Counted from the stretch's first letter, positions 12,156 to 25,014 are shown. The stretch is 64,000 nucleotides of DNA from Octopus vulgaris (GCA_951406725.2 OX597833.1:4216001-4280000), one strand, 5' to 3'. Notes: a model not told the origin generated them from the letters alone. Translations and numbers: made by a program.

Positions 12156-13657
12156 GTAAGTTGTCTGTTTTTCTTGTCTGTTGCGCTGATTATTTCTTCA
12201 GAAATCACAGAAAACACAGTGAGTTGGTTGGATTCTGTGTAAAGAATGGATGGGAGGCAATGTGCCTTCCTCCAGAGATTGGCGTTTGGAGATTGATTGG
12301 AACCAGTGTTCACTCAATGCTGAAGATTCTTGGATTAGGTGTGAAGGTGTGAAATGATGTTGCCAATAAATTCTTGGAAGATTCTCAGAAAGCAAGTCAT
12401 TACATCTGGGTTGAGAGAGGAGATGAGTGATGCAGCAAGAATGAGCATGGGAGACAGGATAGAAACATCTAGCCCAGAATCTGAACATCATGTAGTTTGT
12501 TGGGTTGCCCTGGGTATCTCTGGTTTCGCAGTGGAAGAAACTCAAACACCTATAGACCTCATCAGGGGACAGCACATAAGTGCTTACCCTAAATGTTAAT
12601 CTTTTACTGGTTTCAGTCACTGGATTGTGCCCATGCTGGGGCTTTGTCCCCAACATTTGTTTCCACAATCATTCCAAGTGCAGGATGTATTTTGTCAACT
12701 CCTCCTGAACGACTGCTAAGTCAAGCCTTTGATGCTTGACCAGTTTATTTTCTTCACTGCTAATACTAGACAGGGGCCGGAGATATCAATGTGCATGCAC
12801 ACAATTATATAATTAAGGATGCGAAACTGAGTTATACCATTTGGTTGATAACTGATGAAGAATTAGGGACTTTCTGTGTCTGTCTTCCGTCTGTTTGTGC
12901 ACTTCATATACGTTATACATTTTCACTTGTTGTTTGTGTATTTACAATACGTTTCTTTCATTTATTAAATAACGGAACACAATGCACCCAGGTTCTTATT
13001 AACAATAGATTATACATACATACATTCATACTTACATATAATTATTCAATGTTTTCTTCATTTGATCAGACAGCAGAGTGTAATGCAAGAGAAATTTAGT
13101 TGCTATTTCTAGCAGTGCTATTGACCCCACACATCTTTCATTCATTGTTAATGTAGGGATTGGTGAAAATGGCAGAGAAATTATTTGTCTCTCATCACTG
13201 GGCATCAAGCCCTAGAAAATCTGTCACCCAAGGAGTGTTAAACATATAGATATATATACATATATACACCTTATTTTAGGTGCAGGCATGTGGGTAACAA
13301 GTTCTCTTCCAAACCATGTGGTTTTAGGTTCAACCTCACTGCACAGCACATTGTGTGCCTTCTGCAATGGCCTTTGACTGTGGGAAGTTAAGAAGGGATG
13401 AAGGGACAAGGAGCACTATAAGAAGGTATTCATGCATTGAGATGAAAATAAGGGGGAATGTGTCTGTGTATAGACGTTTTCTGAAGGGGTTATTTGGGCT
13501 GTGTGTGTGTGCATGTGTGTGTGTGTGAGTGAGTGAGAGAGAGAGAGAGAGAGAGAGAAAGAAAGGGAGTGAGAGAAAAGTGCCACATTTGACAACAAAG
13601 TGTTGGCACATAAAATGGTTTCATTAAATTCTCTTTTGATCATCCGTTTTCTTTCAG

Positions 13658-13924
13658 ATCCCGTTGATGCCATCAGACTAATTCCAGATGTCACAGAATG
13701 GACACTGGTTCGTGGCACCAAAACATTTGACTGTGTAGCACTCGGCAACCCTGACCCCTCAACCATGTGGGAGTTCTTCCCAGAGACACCTCAAAATAGC
13801 AGGATATCTTGGGGTAGAACTATGGAACTGGACCCTGACAGAAGTGGGGTCTATGTGTGTATAGCTTACAACACGGTTGGCGGAATCTCTTATAAATTGA
13901 CCAAGACCTTGACTGTTACTCTCT
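13658..13924 (+). CDS. Ig-receptor copy 1 exon 4, Ig3
   Basis: CTTTCAG| acceptor, |GTAAGT donor, 267 nt, phase 1-1; FDCVALGNPDPSTMW...SGVYVCIAYN, a typical I-set/Ig_2 pattern. Confidence 0.88.
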
Positions 13925-13954
13925 GTAAGTCAGCCATCACTGCTTTCATCTCTC

Positions 13955-14020
<66 letters not shown>

Positions 14021-14139
14021 TCTCTGAATTCTTCCTTTCCTTTTTTTTTTATCTTTCCTCCCATATTTTAACTTCAATTATTTTTTCCACCCTTATCATT
14101 TCCCTGCCTGTACCTGCAAACATCACAACTCTGAAAAGC

Positions 14140-14293
14140 ACCCACTACACTCTCGGAGTGGTTGGCGTTAGGAAGGGCATCAAGCTGTAGAAACTCTGCC
14201 AGATCAAGAATGGAGCCTGGTGCAGCCATCTGGCTCGCCAGCCCTCAGTCAAAATCGTCCAATCCATGCTAGCAAGGAAAGCGAACATTAAAC

Positions 14294-14340
<47 letters not shown>
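14140..14340 (+). mobile_element. RTE-LINE 3' tail fragment with (GAT)n end (others ~15103-15403 -, ~32015-32455 -, ~36380-36563 +, ~41428-41738 -, ~48880-49245 -)
   Basis: GTTGGCGTTAGGAAGGGCATC...AAACGATGATG matches the 3' end of the RTE element at 32489-36060. Confidence 0.75.
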
Positions 14341-14767
14341 CATATATGAAAAAATAGAATTATTTCTCAGTCTCTCAGAGTCAGATATTCAGTAACAATT
14401 CTTTAAAAAACCAGCTAATTGCCAACATAATGTGGCTGTAGAGGAAGGGACATTGTTGCTGTTCGTTAGCCCCAAGAAGCACCGTTTCCATCTGGCTATA
14501 CGACACGCTACTTGTGTCCTTATTCTTTCAAACAGGGAATTCAGCATCCCCTCCTTGCACAAAACAATACTGACAAGTTTCAGGGTTATTGCTCTTCATC
14601 AACACAGAATAGCTTTTTGGCTAGGTGGCGCTGCTGAATTCATGGCTCAAATATACAGATTTCAATGTGACACACAGCCACTGATCCAGAAATAGAAATA
14701 CTATTATTGTTAAAACTCTCAGAGGGAGACATTCAGTAAGAGATCTTTAAATAGCTAATTACCAACA

Positions 14768-14813
<46 letters not shown>

Positions 14814-15427
14814 GAATCAATAAATGGTGGGGTTGTGTTGACCGCACGTGGAGAAATGATAGGAAACGAAAAATTGTAAAAAGGCAGAATGCTAAATTGA
14901 AACAAAATTTTAATGAAAATGGGTGTATGGAAAATTTTGAAAAATTGATAATATATATATATATAATGCACACACATACAGTTCACTAGTCTACAAGAAA
15001 GAGAGATCACTCACAAGGGGCAGGAATATTAACAACACTTTTACCAGTGACTGGGGAGTCGATATCATTTTCTTAACAGGCGTTCCCCTGTTTTGTCTGT
15101 TTCATCATCATCATCATCATCATCGTTTAATGTCCGTTTTACGTGCTAGCACGGGTTGGATGGTTCGACCGGGGTCTGGGAAGCCAGGGCTGCACCAGGC
15201 TCCAGTCTGATTTGGCAGTGTTTCTACAGCTGGATGCCCTTCCTAACGCCAACCACCCCGCGAATGTAGTGGGTGCTTTTACGTGCCACCGGCACAGGTG
15301 CCAGGGGTGTCTGGCATTGGCCACGATTGGTTGGTGCTTTTAATGTGCCACCGGCACGGAAGCCAGTCGAGGCGGCGCTGGCATCGGCCACGTTTGGATG
15401 GTTAAAAATTTTATTTAAAACTTCCAG

Positions 15428-15541
15428 ATGATCCCCAAACAAAGCCAATGCCATCAACAATAACTGAAGATCCTTCAACACGCAAACCAAATCCCAGTGC
15501 CACAACGAAGAAAACTGTTGCTATTGCTGCTTCTATTACAG
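15428..15541 (+). CDS. Ig-receptor copy 1 exon 5, Pro/Ser/Thr-rich stalk
   Basis: TTCCAG| ... |GTAAAT, 114 nt, phase 1-1; YDPQTKPMPSTITEDPSTRKPNPSATTKKTVAIAASIT; identical in copy 2. Confidence 0.75.
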
Positions 15542-16254
15542 GTAAATGGATTTCCTGTCACTCCTCCTTGTTACATTGTTTTTGCTTTTGTTCTTGTTTA
15601 GCCCCAGGTTAGTCATGCTCAAGAAACAAATTTGTTTTTGAGACATACTACAACTAGGAGTACATTATCTAATGTGCTTTGTATCTCAACATCCAATCTC
15701 CTCATTCTACATTGAGTGAAAAATGGGATGGACGCTTTGGTTTTGTTTTGGTGTCTCGCTCTGTCGTACACAACTATGAGGATTTGCATCCCCAACGTAA
15801 ATCGTCTTTTTCCCAAACTTATATTGTAATACATGTCCTTGGAGTAGTAATTGTATGCGGCTGAAGAAGGCTATTGACATACAAATTACATCAATTATGC
15901 ATTGATATAAACTGTCTAATAAAAGGCAGAAACATATGTACCACTAAATCCTTTGCATCATGTTTTTCTTTTGATAAATACAGATATACATACACACACA
16001 CATATATACACATAACTACAATAAACAGTATTAATAAATTATATTACGTGTGTTTCCATAATGTAGCTATTTATTTGTTCCGAGCTGAATTATATAACCA
16101 AACCCTTTCATCAGGCATTTTGAACAGTTCACAGATAAGATTAATCTCACACACACATATCAGTACATGTATGAGTATGTATATATATATGTATTCATGT
16201 ATATCTGTGTGTGTGATGTACATGTGTGTATACATACATAAATACATACATACA

Positions 16255-16285
<31 letters not shown>

Positions 16286-16838
16286 TTAACGGCGGTGCAT
16301 CAGTATGGCCGCAGCTCTGAGCTGAAACTAGAGAAAAAGAATATATGTATATATATATATATCATATATTATATATATGTATGTATGTTTGTGTGTGTAT
16401 ATATACATGTTCAGTTAAAGGTTAAATACCTCATGAAGAGATAAAAATTGAATGAATTTACTGGTATATCACCTATTATAAATATTGAATATTGTATTTA
16501 ATATTCAAGAACAAGGTAATTGGTTAAACTGAGGTTTATAATTACTCAAGAAAAATTAGAAATTGCAGAAGGATAAATTAATAATTATTTATTAATTACA
16601 AAAATTGACATAGTCTCTGACAGCTGTTTCGATTCAAAATTTTAGAAATTAATTAGAATCATGAAAAACATTATAACGTTGAATCTTATCGGATGTAGCA
16701 AGAAGGTATACTATTATATTTTTACAAAAATATTTTTGGATAAAATCATTGAAGCTTGTCTCTCATATTTACTTCTTTCATTTGTGTTTTTCTTTTCTTT
16801 TTTCATTTCTAATGAATTTCTTCTTTTCTTTTGATCAG

Positions 16839-16950
16839 AAACGGTGAATATTATGATTAAAAGTGTCATAGGAACGCTAATCATCCTCATCATTGTGATT
16901 GTCTTTTCCATCATTCTGTACAGATATAGAGCTACACTCAAAAATTCAAA
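16839..16950 (+). CDS. Ig-receptor copy 1 exon 6, transmembrane helix and basic stop-transfer segment
   Basis: Polypyrimidine tract plus ATCAG|; ETVNIMIKSVIGTLIILIIVIVFSIILYRYRATLKNS; donor GTTAGT at 16951. Confidence 0.78.
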
Positions 16951-17462
16951 GTTAGTTTATGTCAATTCAGATTTCTTATAAACCACCTTTAAATTACATG
17001 TCTATGTCCACCTTTGTTGTTAGTTGTCCTAAATTGTTAGTTGTCGGGGGCCAGGTGAGGCTGGCAAACGGTGAGTCTTTACGTGCCACTCGCGCGAGGC
17101 CAGACGGGGCGGCGCTGGCAACGGCCACGTTCGGATGGTTCTCTTACATGCCACCGGCACTGGTATCACAGCTGCAATTTCCATTGATGTTGATCGATTT
17201 CGATATGTAGAATGGAATTAGTTGAGAAAGATTTCTCTAGGTTGATGCCATTCCTGTCTCCAATCGAAGGTTGCATTCTGCATGGCCAGACATGTCTTTT
17301 ATGGACATTTTGGACCCAGTGGCATCCCTTGTAAGCAGATGATGCTTATTTACAAACATTAGGGGATCTCAGGAAAGGTGACAGTCACACACTCACACAC
17401 ACATGCATGTGTGAGTATGTGTGTGTGTGTTTCTGTATATACATATATACCAATACACACAC

Positions 17463-17505
<43 letters not shown>

Positions 17506-17861
17506 CGTATATATACATACTTACACCTATACATATACTCTTTTACTTGTTTCAGTCATTTGACTGTGGCCATGCTGGAGCACTGCCTTTAATCTATCAG
17601 TAATAAGACCCAAGGACTTATTCTTTGTAAAACCAGTACTTATTCTATCGGTCTCTTTTTGCCGAACCGCTAAGTGACGGGGACATATACACACCAGCAT
17701 CGGTTGTCAAGCAATGCTAGGGGGACAAACACAGACACACAAACATACACAAACACACATATATATATATACATATATACAACGGGCTTCTTTCAGTTTC
17801 CGTCTACCAAATCCACTCACAAGGCTATATATATATATATATATATATATATCATCATCAT

Positions 17862-17900
<39 letters not shown>

Positions 17901-19053
17901 TATGTGGGCACAGGATGTGCATGAAACTTGTACAACAAAAAAGTACAAAGCACGAGTACGCATTCGCCACCACAACCTCGTCTAGGCTTAGCAGCCCTTC
18001 CTGATTGTTTTCACTGTCCCGTTTGTGTTACCTATTTTGACCCTCCGCGAAATCCCAAATTTCATTTAGTTTGCTTTGCAGGAGCAACTGTTTCATTGAA
18101 AGCGTATATTGTTGTTAAATGTTTGAAATGTGAGACTAGGGAAACAGCCAGCAACTGATGAAGGGTCATTCTTTATGTTTGTTACACTCTGAGAATGTAA
18201 TGGGTGCTCTTTAGGTCCCACTGGCACAGGAGCCAGTCATGTGGCACTGGCGTAGGTCACTCTTGAATGGTGCTTTTCACATGTCACTGGCATGGGTGCC
18301 TGTCAGGCGGCACTGGCATCGACATCGAGAGAGATAGACAGATCTACTTATCTATCTGTCTGTCTGTCTGTCTGTCTATAATTGTGTTAACAATCCGCTT
18401 AGAGGTGTGGGTTAATGAGATAAAATATGAATTGGTCATTTGTTATCACTAGAAGTAACTGCAAACACTCAACGCACACACACGCACACACACACATCCA
18501 CGCTGTCTGTTTCTATTTTTCTTTTTTCTTTTTACTTGTTTCAGTCATTTGACTGCAGCCATGCTGGAGCACCGCCTTTAATCGAGCAACTCGACCCCGG
18601 GATTATTCTTTTGTAAGCCCAGTACTTATTCTATCGGTCTCTTTTGCCGAAGCACTAAGTTACGGGGACATAAACACACCAGCATCGTTTGTCAAGCAAT
18701 GCTAGGGGGACAAACACGGACACACAAATATATATATATATATACATATATACAACGAGCTTCTTTCAGTTTCCGTCAACGAAATCCACTCACAAGGCTT
18801 TGGTCAGCCCAAGGCTATAGTAGAAGACACTTGCCCAAGGTGCCATGCTGTGGGACTGAACCCGGAACCATGTGGTCGGTAAGCAATCCACTTACCACAC
18901 AGCCACTCCTGTCTGTTTCTTTTCTTTTAAATTTACTATTCTATTATTTTTTTTTTATTCGACAGAATATGTCTTGTGGCTCTGCCATTTTCAACCCATT
19001 GCATTCTGTTTGCATTTTCACGATGATACTTATTCCGTTGTTCTTTTTGCCAG

Positions 19054-19258
19054 GTATTTGACTGTTGAGGAGAATGAGGAAGGCCCACTTCACATGGAAC
19101 TTACCACAGATGACACTCACTGCAGTAGGAAACCACTGGTTCCCCTCCCACCACTGTTCTTACAGCTAAGACACAATATTACCATGCGTCTAGAGAGGAG
19201 ACCTATCTCTCTCTCTCTCTCTCTCTTTCCCATTCTTTCTCTCTATCTATCTATCTAG
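19054..19258 (+). CDS. Ig-receptor copy 1 candidate terminal exon (cytoplasmic tail); reading frame ambiguous
   Basis: TTCTTTTTGCCAG| acceptor, conserved in copy 2 (51315). Phase-2 entry gives YLTVEENEEGPLHMEL...; phase-1 entry gives S-I-stop. Confidence 0.45.
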
Positions 19259-19307
19259 CTATATGCAGGTGTCTATCTGTGTCGGTCACACACTTAGCTA
19301 ACTCTCA

Positions 19308-19612
19308 TCTTTTATATATAAAACAAAGTTGTGTGTGTGTGTGTCTGTCTACTCCGATTTAGATTCCTAACTACTCCCACATTTTGCGGTGCAGTTTAAC
19401 CAAAAGCGGGTATCTTATAGTCGTGATTCATATCGAGCCCTTCTGGGTATTAGCGCGCGTCTACGATGAGTCTAAGATTTTAAAAAAATTTGCCATCATT
19501 TTTCCGCATTTTTAATGATTTTTGCTCTGGTTATACAAGGGAGGTAACTCTCTAAAAATGCTTATATTTTTATTTCCCTTACAAACCCGAGCAACGCCGG
19601 GCGATACTGCTA
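19308..19612 (+). mobile_element. Short non-autonomous Helitron (also ~21340-21647 -, ~37580-37980 -, ~51565-51870 +, ~54120-54426 -)
   Basis: TC...ATATATAAAA 5' end and CCCGAGCAACGCCGGGCGATACTGCTA(G) 3' end; same family as 2884-3519. Confidence 0.75.
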
Positions 19613-19850
19613 CGTTGTTCTATAAACATAAGCTGTCTCTCTTCATGTCACACCCTGGTCTCTGTTAGAATATTTCTTTCTTAACTGCTGCATTTCACAT
19701 GTGGCTCCATGTGTATGTCTGTGTATCTGTGAACAGGGTGCATCAGTTTTTTGAGGTTATTTCTATGAATTTATAAAAAGACACATAGCACCTCAACAAA
19801 ACGCTATATTTGAAAACCAATTGGTACAAATAATCTTGAGAATTGTTTAA

Positions 19851-20071
19851 CCCTTTCGTTACCGTATTTATTTTGAGATGCTCTGTGTTTCTTTCAATTA
19901 CTTTAAATATAACAAAGAATTTAGTAAAATAACTTACTTATCGTTCAGCCAGTGTTAGGAACATAAATTGTGACTAAAGTTTGGTGGAAGATTTTAATTC
20001 AAAACTTATGAAAACAAGACATTTGTATTACAGAGCCAGAGCTGGTTTCAGCCGGCTTGGTAACAAAAGGG
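19851..20071. mobile_element. piggyBac-type MITE (paralog 52108-52327)
   Basis: TTAA target duplication on both sides; TIR CCCTTTCGTTACC / GGTAACAAAAGGG. Confidence 0.8.
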
Positions 20072-20648
20072 TTAAGCACACATATTTAGTCTGGAAGAAC
20101 TTTCGGGGAAGAACTTTGGTGTGTCTTCTTTTAACTAAAATCTTCCTCTAGCTCTGATGATGCACAAAATCAAATATATACCTTTTTTTCACCTGTAAGA
20201 AGAATGACTCAGGAAATAACCGTTCTTTCAATTGCTTGATTAACCGACGAATTAATAAACTAATTAAGCATTTTGCTGCTCAAAGTCAATTGACTACACC
20301 AAGAGGCATCCCAATTAAAGAAATATTAAACTGCTTAGAATTTTGTAGACACAGGCATTGTCAGAATTTCCTGTCGTTGCTTTTTTTGCGTATTTTGTTG
20401 GTTTTAGAAATAAAAACAGTTAAAAACGAATGCAAGAGTTTCGGTCTGTCAAGTGTTTCTCTTGTTTCAATGTTGTTTTACTTAATTCGTAGAAAAGGAA
20501 ACAAAATATTAATTATTCTGAGCATAGAGCAACAGATCAAGCACTGCTGTCACTATAATAATCATAGCTCTCTCTCTCTCTTCCTCCCTCTCTCTCTCCC
20601 TCCCACCCTCTCTCTCTCTCTCTCTCACTCTCTCTCTCTCTCTCTCTC

Positions 20649-20679
<31 letters not shown>

Positions 20680-20825
20680 ACCTATCTATCTATCTATCTT
20701 CTGGTTCAGTTTCTAAGTTTGCACCTTGATGTCCCTCTCCCAACTCACTTCCAACTTCTGTCTCCTTAAATTTCTGTGTATATACAGATGTTGGGGCCAG
20801 ATTAAGACCCATAGACACTCTAAAC

Positions 20826-21028
20826 CAGTGGTTTTCAACCAGAGTTCCAAGCCAGTACAGTCCAGGGGTTCCACAAGAAGTTACAAAACTGCTAAAATCG
20901 ACAGTAATTTTTAAGTCTCCTGTGCAGATATGTGTGCATAAGACTATTAAATTATTGCACAGGGGTTCCACGAGCCAGTGGAATGTTTCCTTGGGGTTCC
21001 TCTCCAGCAAAAAGTTTGAAAAGCATTG
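20826..21028. mobile_element. hAT-type MITE (paralog 53606-53806)
   Basis: 8-bp TSD CTCTAAAC on both sides; TIR CAGTGGTTTTCAAC / GTTTGAAAAGCATTG. Confidence 0.82.
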
Positions 21029-22137
21029 CTCTAAACATGTAAAAGCTTTCCATTCTCCCAAATATGTTTAATTAAAAATACAAACAATAATAAACCATAA
21101 ATTTCTATTCTTCAAAATCAAACAAATCGAACAGTAAGATGGAAAACTATGATTTATTTTGTATTCTTCCATTTTATGTTTCAAAAATGTTCTACTTTTT
21201 TTAATTGTAATCTCTTTGATGAGATCCACACAGTGGCACCATGAACATTTCAAAATACTTAATTACATACATATATATTATTGTTGCATGTGATTATAAT
21301 AAAGAGTTTGGATTGATATTATTTGAGATATATAGATATACTAGCAGTATCGCCCGGCGTTGCTCGGGTTTGTAAGGGAAATAACTATATAAGCATTTTT
21401 AGAGAGTTACTTCCCTTGTTTCACCCGAGCAAAAAATCATTAAAAATGCGGAGAAATGATGTTAAATTTCTTTTTAAATCGAAGACTCATCGTAGACACG
21501 CGCTAATACCCAGAAAGGCTCGATATGAATCACGACTATAAGATAGCCACTTTTGGTTAAACTGCACCGCAAAATGTGGGAGTAGTTAGAATCTAAATCG
21601 GAGGAGACAGAGTCTCACACACACAACTTCAATTTTATATATAAAGATATTTCAATAGTTTTAGATTCTACTTAATTATTTTGCCCGTTATAATTTTGCT
21701 GCTTTTTAATTTTTAATGTAATTGATATCTAGTTGAATGGCTAACACCCACCTAATAATACATAGTCGTTTGAATAAATTTTTTTACAGTCCAGCAATTC
21801 TTTCACAAGGAATTTCAGTCTATTTACACACCAATGCCCTGATGTGACTTATATATAAGGGAACTGAATTGTATATATATCAAAAAATGTATAAAGTCGA
21901 AACAAATTGTTGGCTTTTTTGGTTGTTTAAATAATTATGTTATATTATATTATATTCATAGTATATTATGTTATTTTATAAATAGCAGAATTGTTGGATT
22001 CTCAATTAATCTCTCTAATTTATTGTTTGCAATTTACATTGTACCCCTAATTCTGTGGTATTCAACAGATGTCCCAGTGAATTGGATGTTTTACACACCC
22101 CTCTGAAGGAATTCTTTTCCTTTGTTTGTTACCGTTG

Positions 22138-22168
<31 letters not shown>

Positions 22169-22517
22169 GAATAAATGAAAGAATGGAGTTGAACGACAAA
22201 TGAACAAATTTCCTTTATTATTGACATATGTTTCAAAGGCTGCATATTCCTAATTGTAAAGGAATAAGGAGTACATTATGCCGCTTTCTCATCAAGAAAA
22301 GCAAGGAATTTATGTCAACATCAAGATTCACAATAACTTTTAGATGACTGCTCTCACGGAGTGCATAGTGATAATAAGTGTCTCAGAAAAGTTTGAAGTG
22401 AGTTAATTTCTACAGGACAGCAACCACTTCCTGGATCAGGGTGGGTATAGATGCCATTTTGCAATGGATGGTGTGTGTAAGTATGAATGGGAGTGGGAGG
22501 GAATGTACTCGAGTGTG

Positions 22518-22553
<36 letters not shown>

Positions 22554-22858
22554 ACATGTATGCATACATAGCTACATTGGTACTGAAATACAATATTACA
22601 TGCTTTCACAAACATACACACAGACATATTCACACATTAATGAAATGTACCCCATAGATATATGAACATAATTGCGTCCGTATATATATGTATGTGTCTG
22701 TGTGTGTGTGTGCATTTTAAATCTATATCCGTTTATATAAACTACTATATATATATATATATATATGTATATGTATATAAATAAATATATATGTATAGAT
22801 AATGTGTGTGTATATATATATATATATATATGTATATGTATGTACATATGTATATATC

Positions 22859-22926
<68 letters not shown>

Positions 22927-23137
22927 TATTGAAATGGATAAATGAATTATCTTGTTAAGGATTATTCAAAATTTAACCGATCCTGGGTAGCAAAAATCAC
23001 AACAGAAAAAACATGGTTGAAGTTACGACCTTGGGGTGTCTCAACCGTGCCTGTAAAGCGCGGATAATTGAAGTTCAATATATTTAGTGAAGGGAAGAAA
23101 TGGAGCTGAACGAAGATTCTACATAATTCCTTTTATT

Positions 23138-23222
23138 ATCTTCTACACATGTTTCAAAGGCCGCAAATTTCCAAATTCGGAATGAATAAGGAGACCATTT
23201 GCAGCATTCTCTTCAGGAAAAT
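23138..23222 (-). ncRNA. Minimal type I hammerhead ribozyme motif (left arm)
   Basis: Minus strand: ATTTTC-CTGAAGA-stem II-GAAA-C-ATGT-G-TA-GAAGAT. Confidence 0.65.
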
Positions 23223-23824
23223 CTAGGAATTTAAAAATCCAAAACAAATGCGCAGCAAGGTAGAACAAAGCGCTCCCTAGGAGCCCATGAAATCACAAAA
23301 CTGTCTCTCACTGTACGTTGACGTCCGGGGGGTGGGGGGGTGGAGGCCGACGAAAATGTCCGTTGGAATTAATCGGGTTCAGACAGCGGTCAAACCTGGT
23401 AGTGGGAGAAATACTGAAAACCAAATGGTGTGAATATATTCTGTATAATTAATGTTCAGATTGTTTAAAGAATTAAGGCTATCGTATATAGGTGTGGGAC
23501 CCTGCCTACATGTATGTGTGTGCACGCCTGTGTAAGTGTGAGTCTGTCAAGCAGCGGGGAGAGGGAAAGAGAACTGCTGATTTTGTTGGTCGTGTCTGTG
23601 TGTCCGTCTATGGTCAGTTTGTAAAGAGATAACTTGTCAAATCAGGAGAACATAATTCTTGATCTCGCTTCTAAAAAGTAGCGGACCGAACGCTAAAAGG
23701 GGAGTAATGTCCCCTTGCAAAATTAATTCAAATATTTTTTCAAAATTTTTGTGATTTCATGGGCTCCTAGGGAGCGCTTTGTTCTACCTTGCTGCGCATT
23801 TGTTTTGGATTTTTAAATTCCTGG

Positions 23825-23909
23825 ATTTTCCTGAAGAGAATGCTGCAAATGGTCTCCTTATTCATTCCGAATTTGGAAATTTGCGGCCTTTGAAACATGT
23901 GTAGAAAAT
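23825..23909 (+). ncRNA. Minimal type I hammerhead ribozyme motif (right arm)
   Basis: Stem I ATTTTC/GAAAAT; core CTGAAGA; stem II GAATGCTGCAAAT/ATTTGCGGCCTTT; GAAA; palindromic mini-helix III ACATGT; GUA cleavage triplet. Confidence 0.7.
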
Positions 23910-24294
23910 AATAAAGGGAATTATGTAGAATCTTCGTTCAGCTCCATTTCTTCCCTTCACTAAATATATATATATATATATATATAGGTGCAAAAAGAGA
24001 GAGAAAGAGGAAGAGTGAGAGAGAGATTTTTTTTTATTGTTGTATGGAAATCTCTGATAAAACAAACATGCTTCAACTGTTATCTGGATGGAATTTAAAT
24101 CAAACTTATTTTATCAATAATATGTTCATTTCCCTGTCAAGACTTTGATCTTACCAACATGAAACATAACATTTTCTATATGTGTGTGTGTGTGTGTGTA
24201 ACGTATGTTTGTATGTGTGTATTTGACAGGGAAATGAACATATTATTGATAAAATAAGTTTGATTTAAATCTCTCCTCTCCCTCTCTCTTTTTG

Positions 24295-24325
<31 letters not shown>

Positions 24326-24355
24326 GCATACATAGATACATGCATATGTACATAC

Positions 24356-24466
<111 letters not shown>

Positions 24467-25014
24467 TTATCTATACATAAATATATTTATTTATACACAC
24501 ATACATATATATATAGTAGTTTACATAAACGGATATAGATTTAAAATGCACACACACACACACAGTCACATACATATATATACGGACGCAATTATGTTCA
24601 TATATCTATGGGGTGCATTTCATTAATGTGTGAATATGTCTGTGTGTATGTCTGTGAAAGCATGTAATATTGTATTTCAGTACCAATGTAGCTTTTTATG
24701 CATACATGTGCAAACACACACACACACACACACACACTCCACACTCGAGTACATTCTCTCCCACTCACACTCATACTTACACTGACCCTCCATTGCAAAA
24801 TGGCGTCTATACCAACCCTGATTCAAGAAGTGGTTGCTCTCCTGTAGAAAATAACTCACTTCAAACTTTTCTGGCACTTTTTTCTCCCCTCCATCTGCCC
24901 CACGATCGGATTATAATTTCTTAAAGTTTATAACATATTTTCTTTTACTTTTGCACATTTCCATTTGAATTTTCTGAATCCAGCAAACTGATTAAGACGG
25001 ATTAATTAACGAGG

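Larger units (their letters stand above)
23079..23966. repeat. ~220-bp inverted repeats flanking a 446-bp core; Penelope-like pseudo-LTR structure
   Basis: Arms ~23079-23300 and ~23747-23966 are reverse complements, and each carries a hammerhead motif. Paralog at ~55834-56722 has the core reversed. Confidence 0.85.

Noticed and set aside
12215-12221. CACAGTG heptamer just downstream of the Ig2 exon, suggesting V(D)J-like recombination signals
   Set aside because: No ACAAAAACC-like nonamer at 12 or 23 bp, the heptamer is mutated in copy 3, and each copy is a complete gene rather than a segment.
14432-14695. 87-aa ORF identical at 36656-36919
   Set aside because: Identity follows from the recent segmental duplication; it is intronic, lies between short direct repeats and has no recognisable domain or splice support.
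16610-16660. Half hammerhead motif (GAAAC-AGCT-GTC on the minus strand)
   Set aside because: The CUGANGA strand is not recognisable; too decayed to call.
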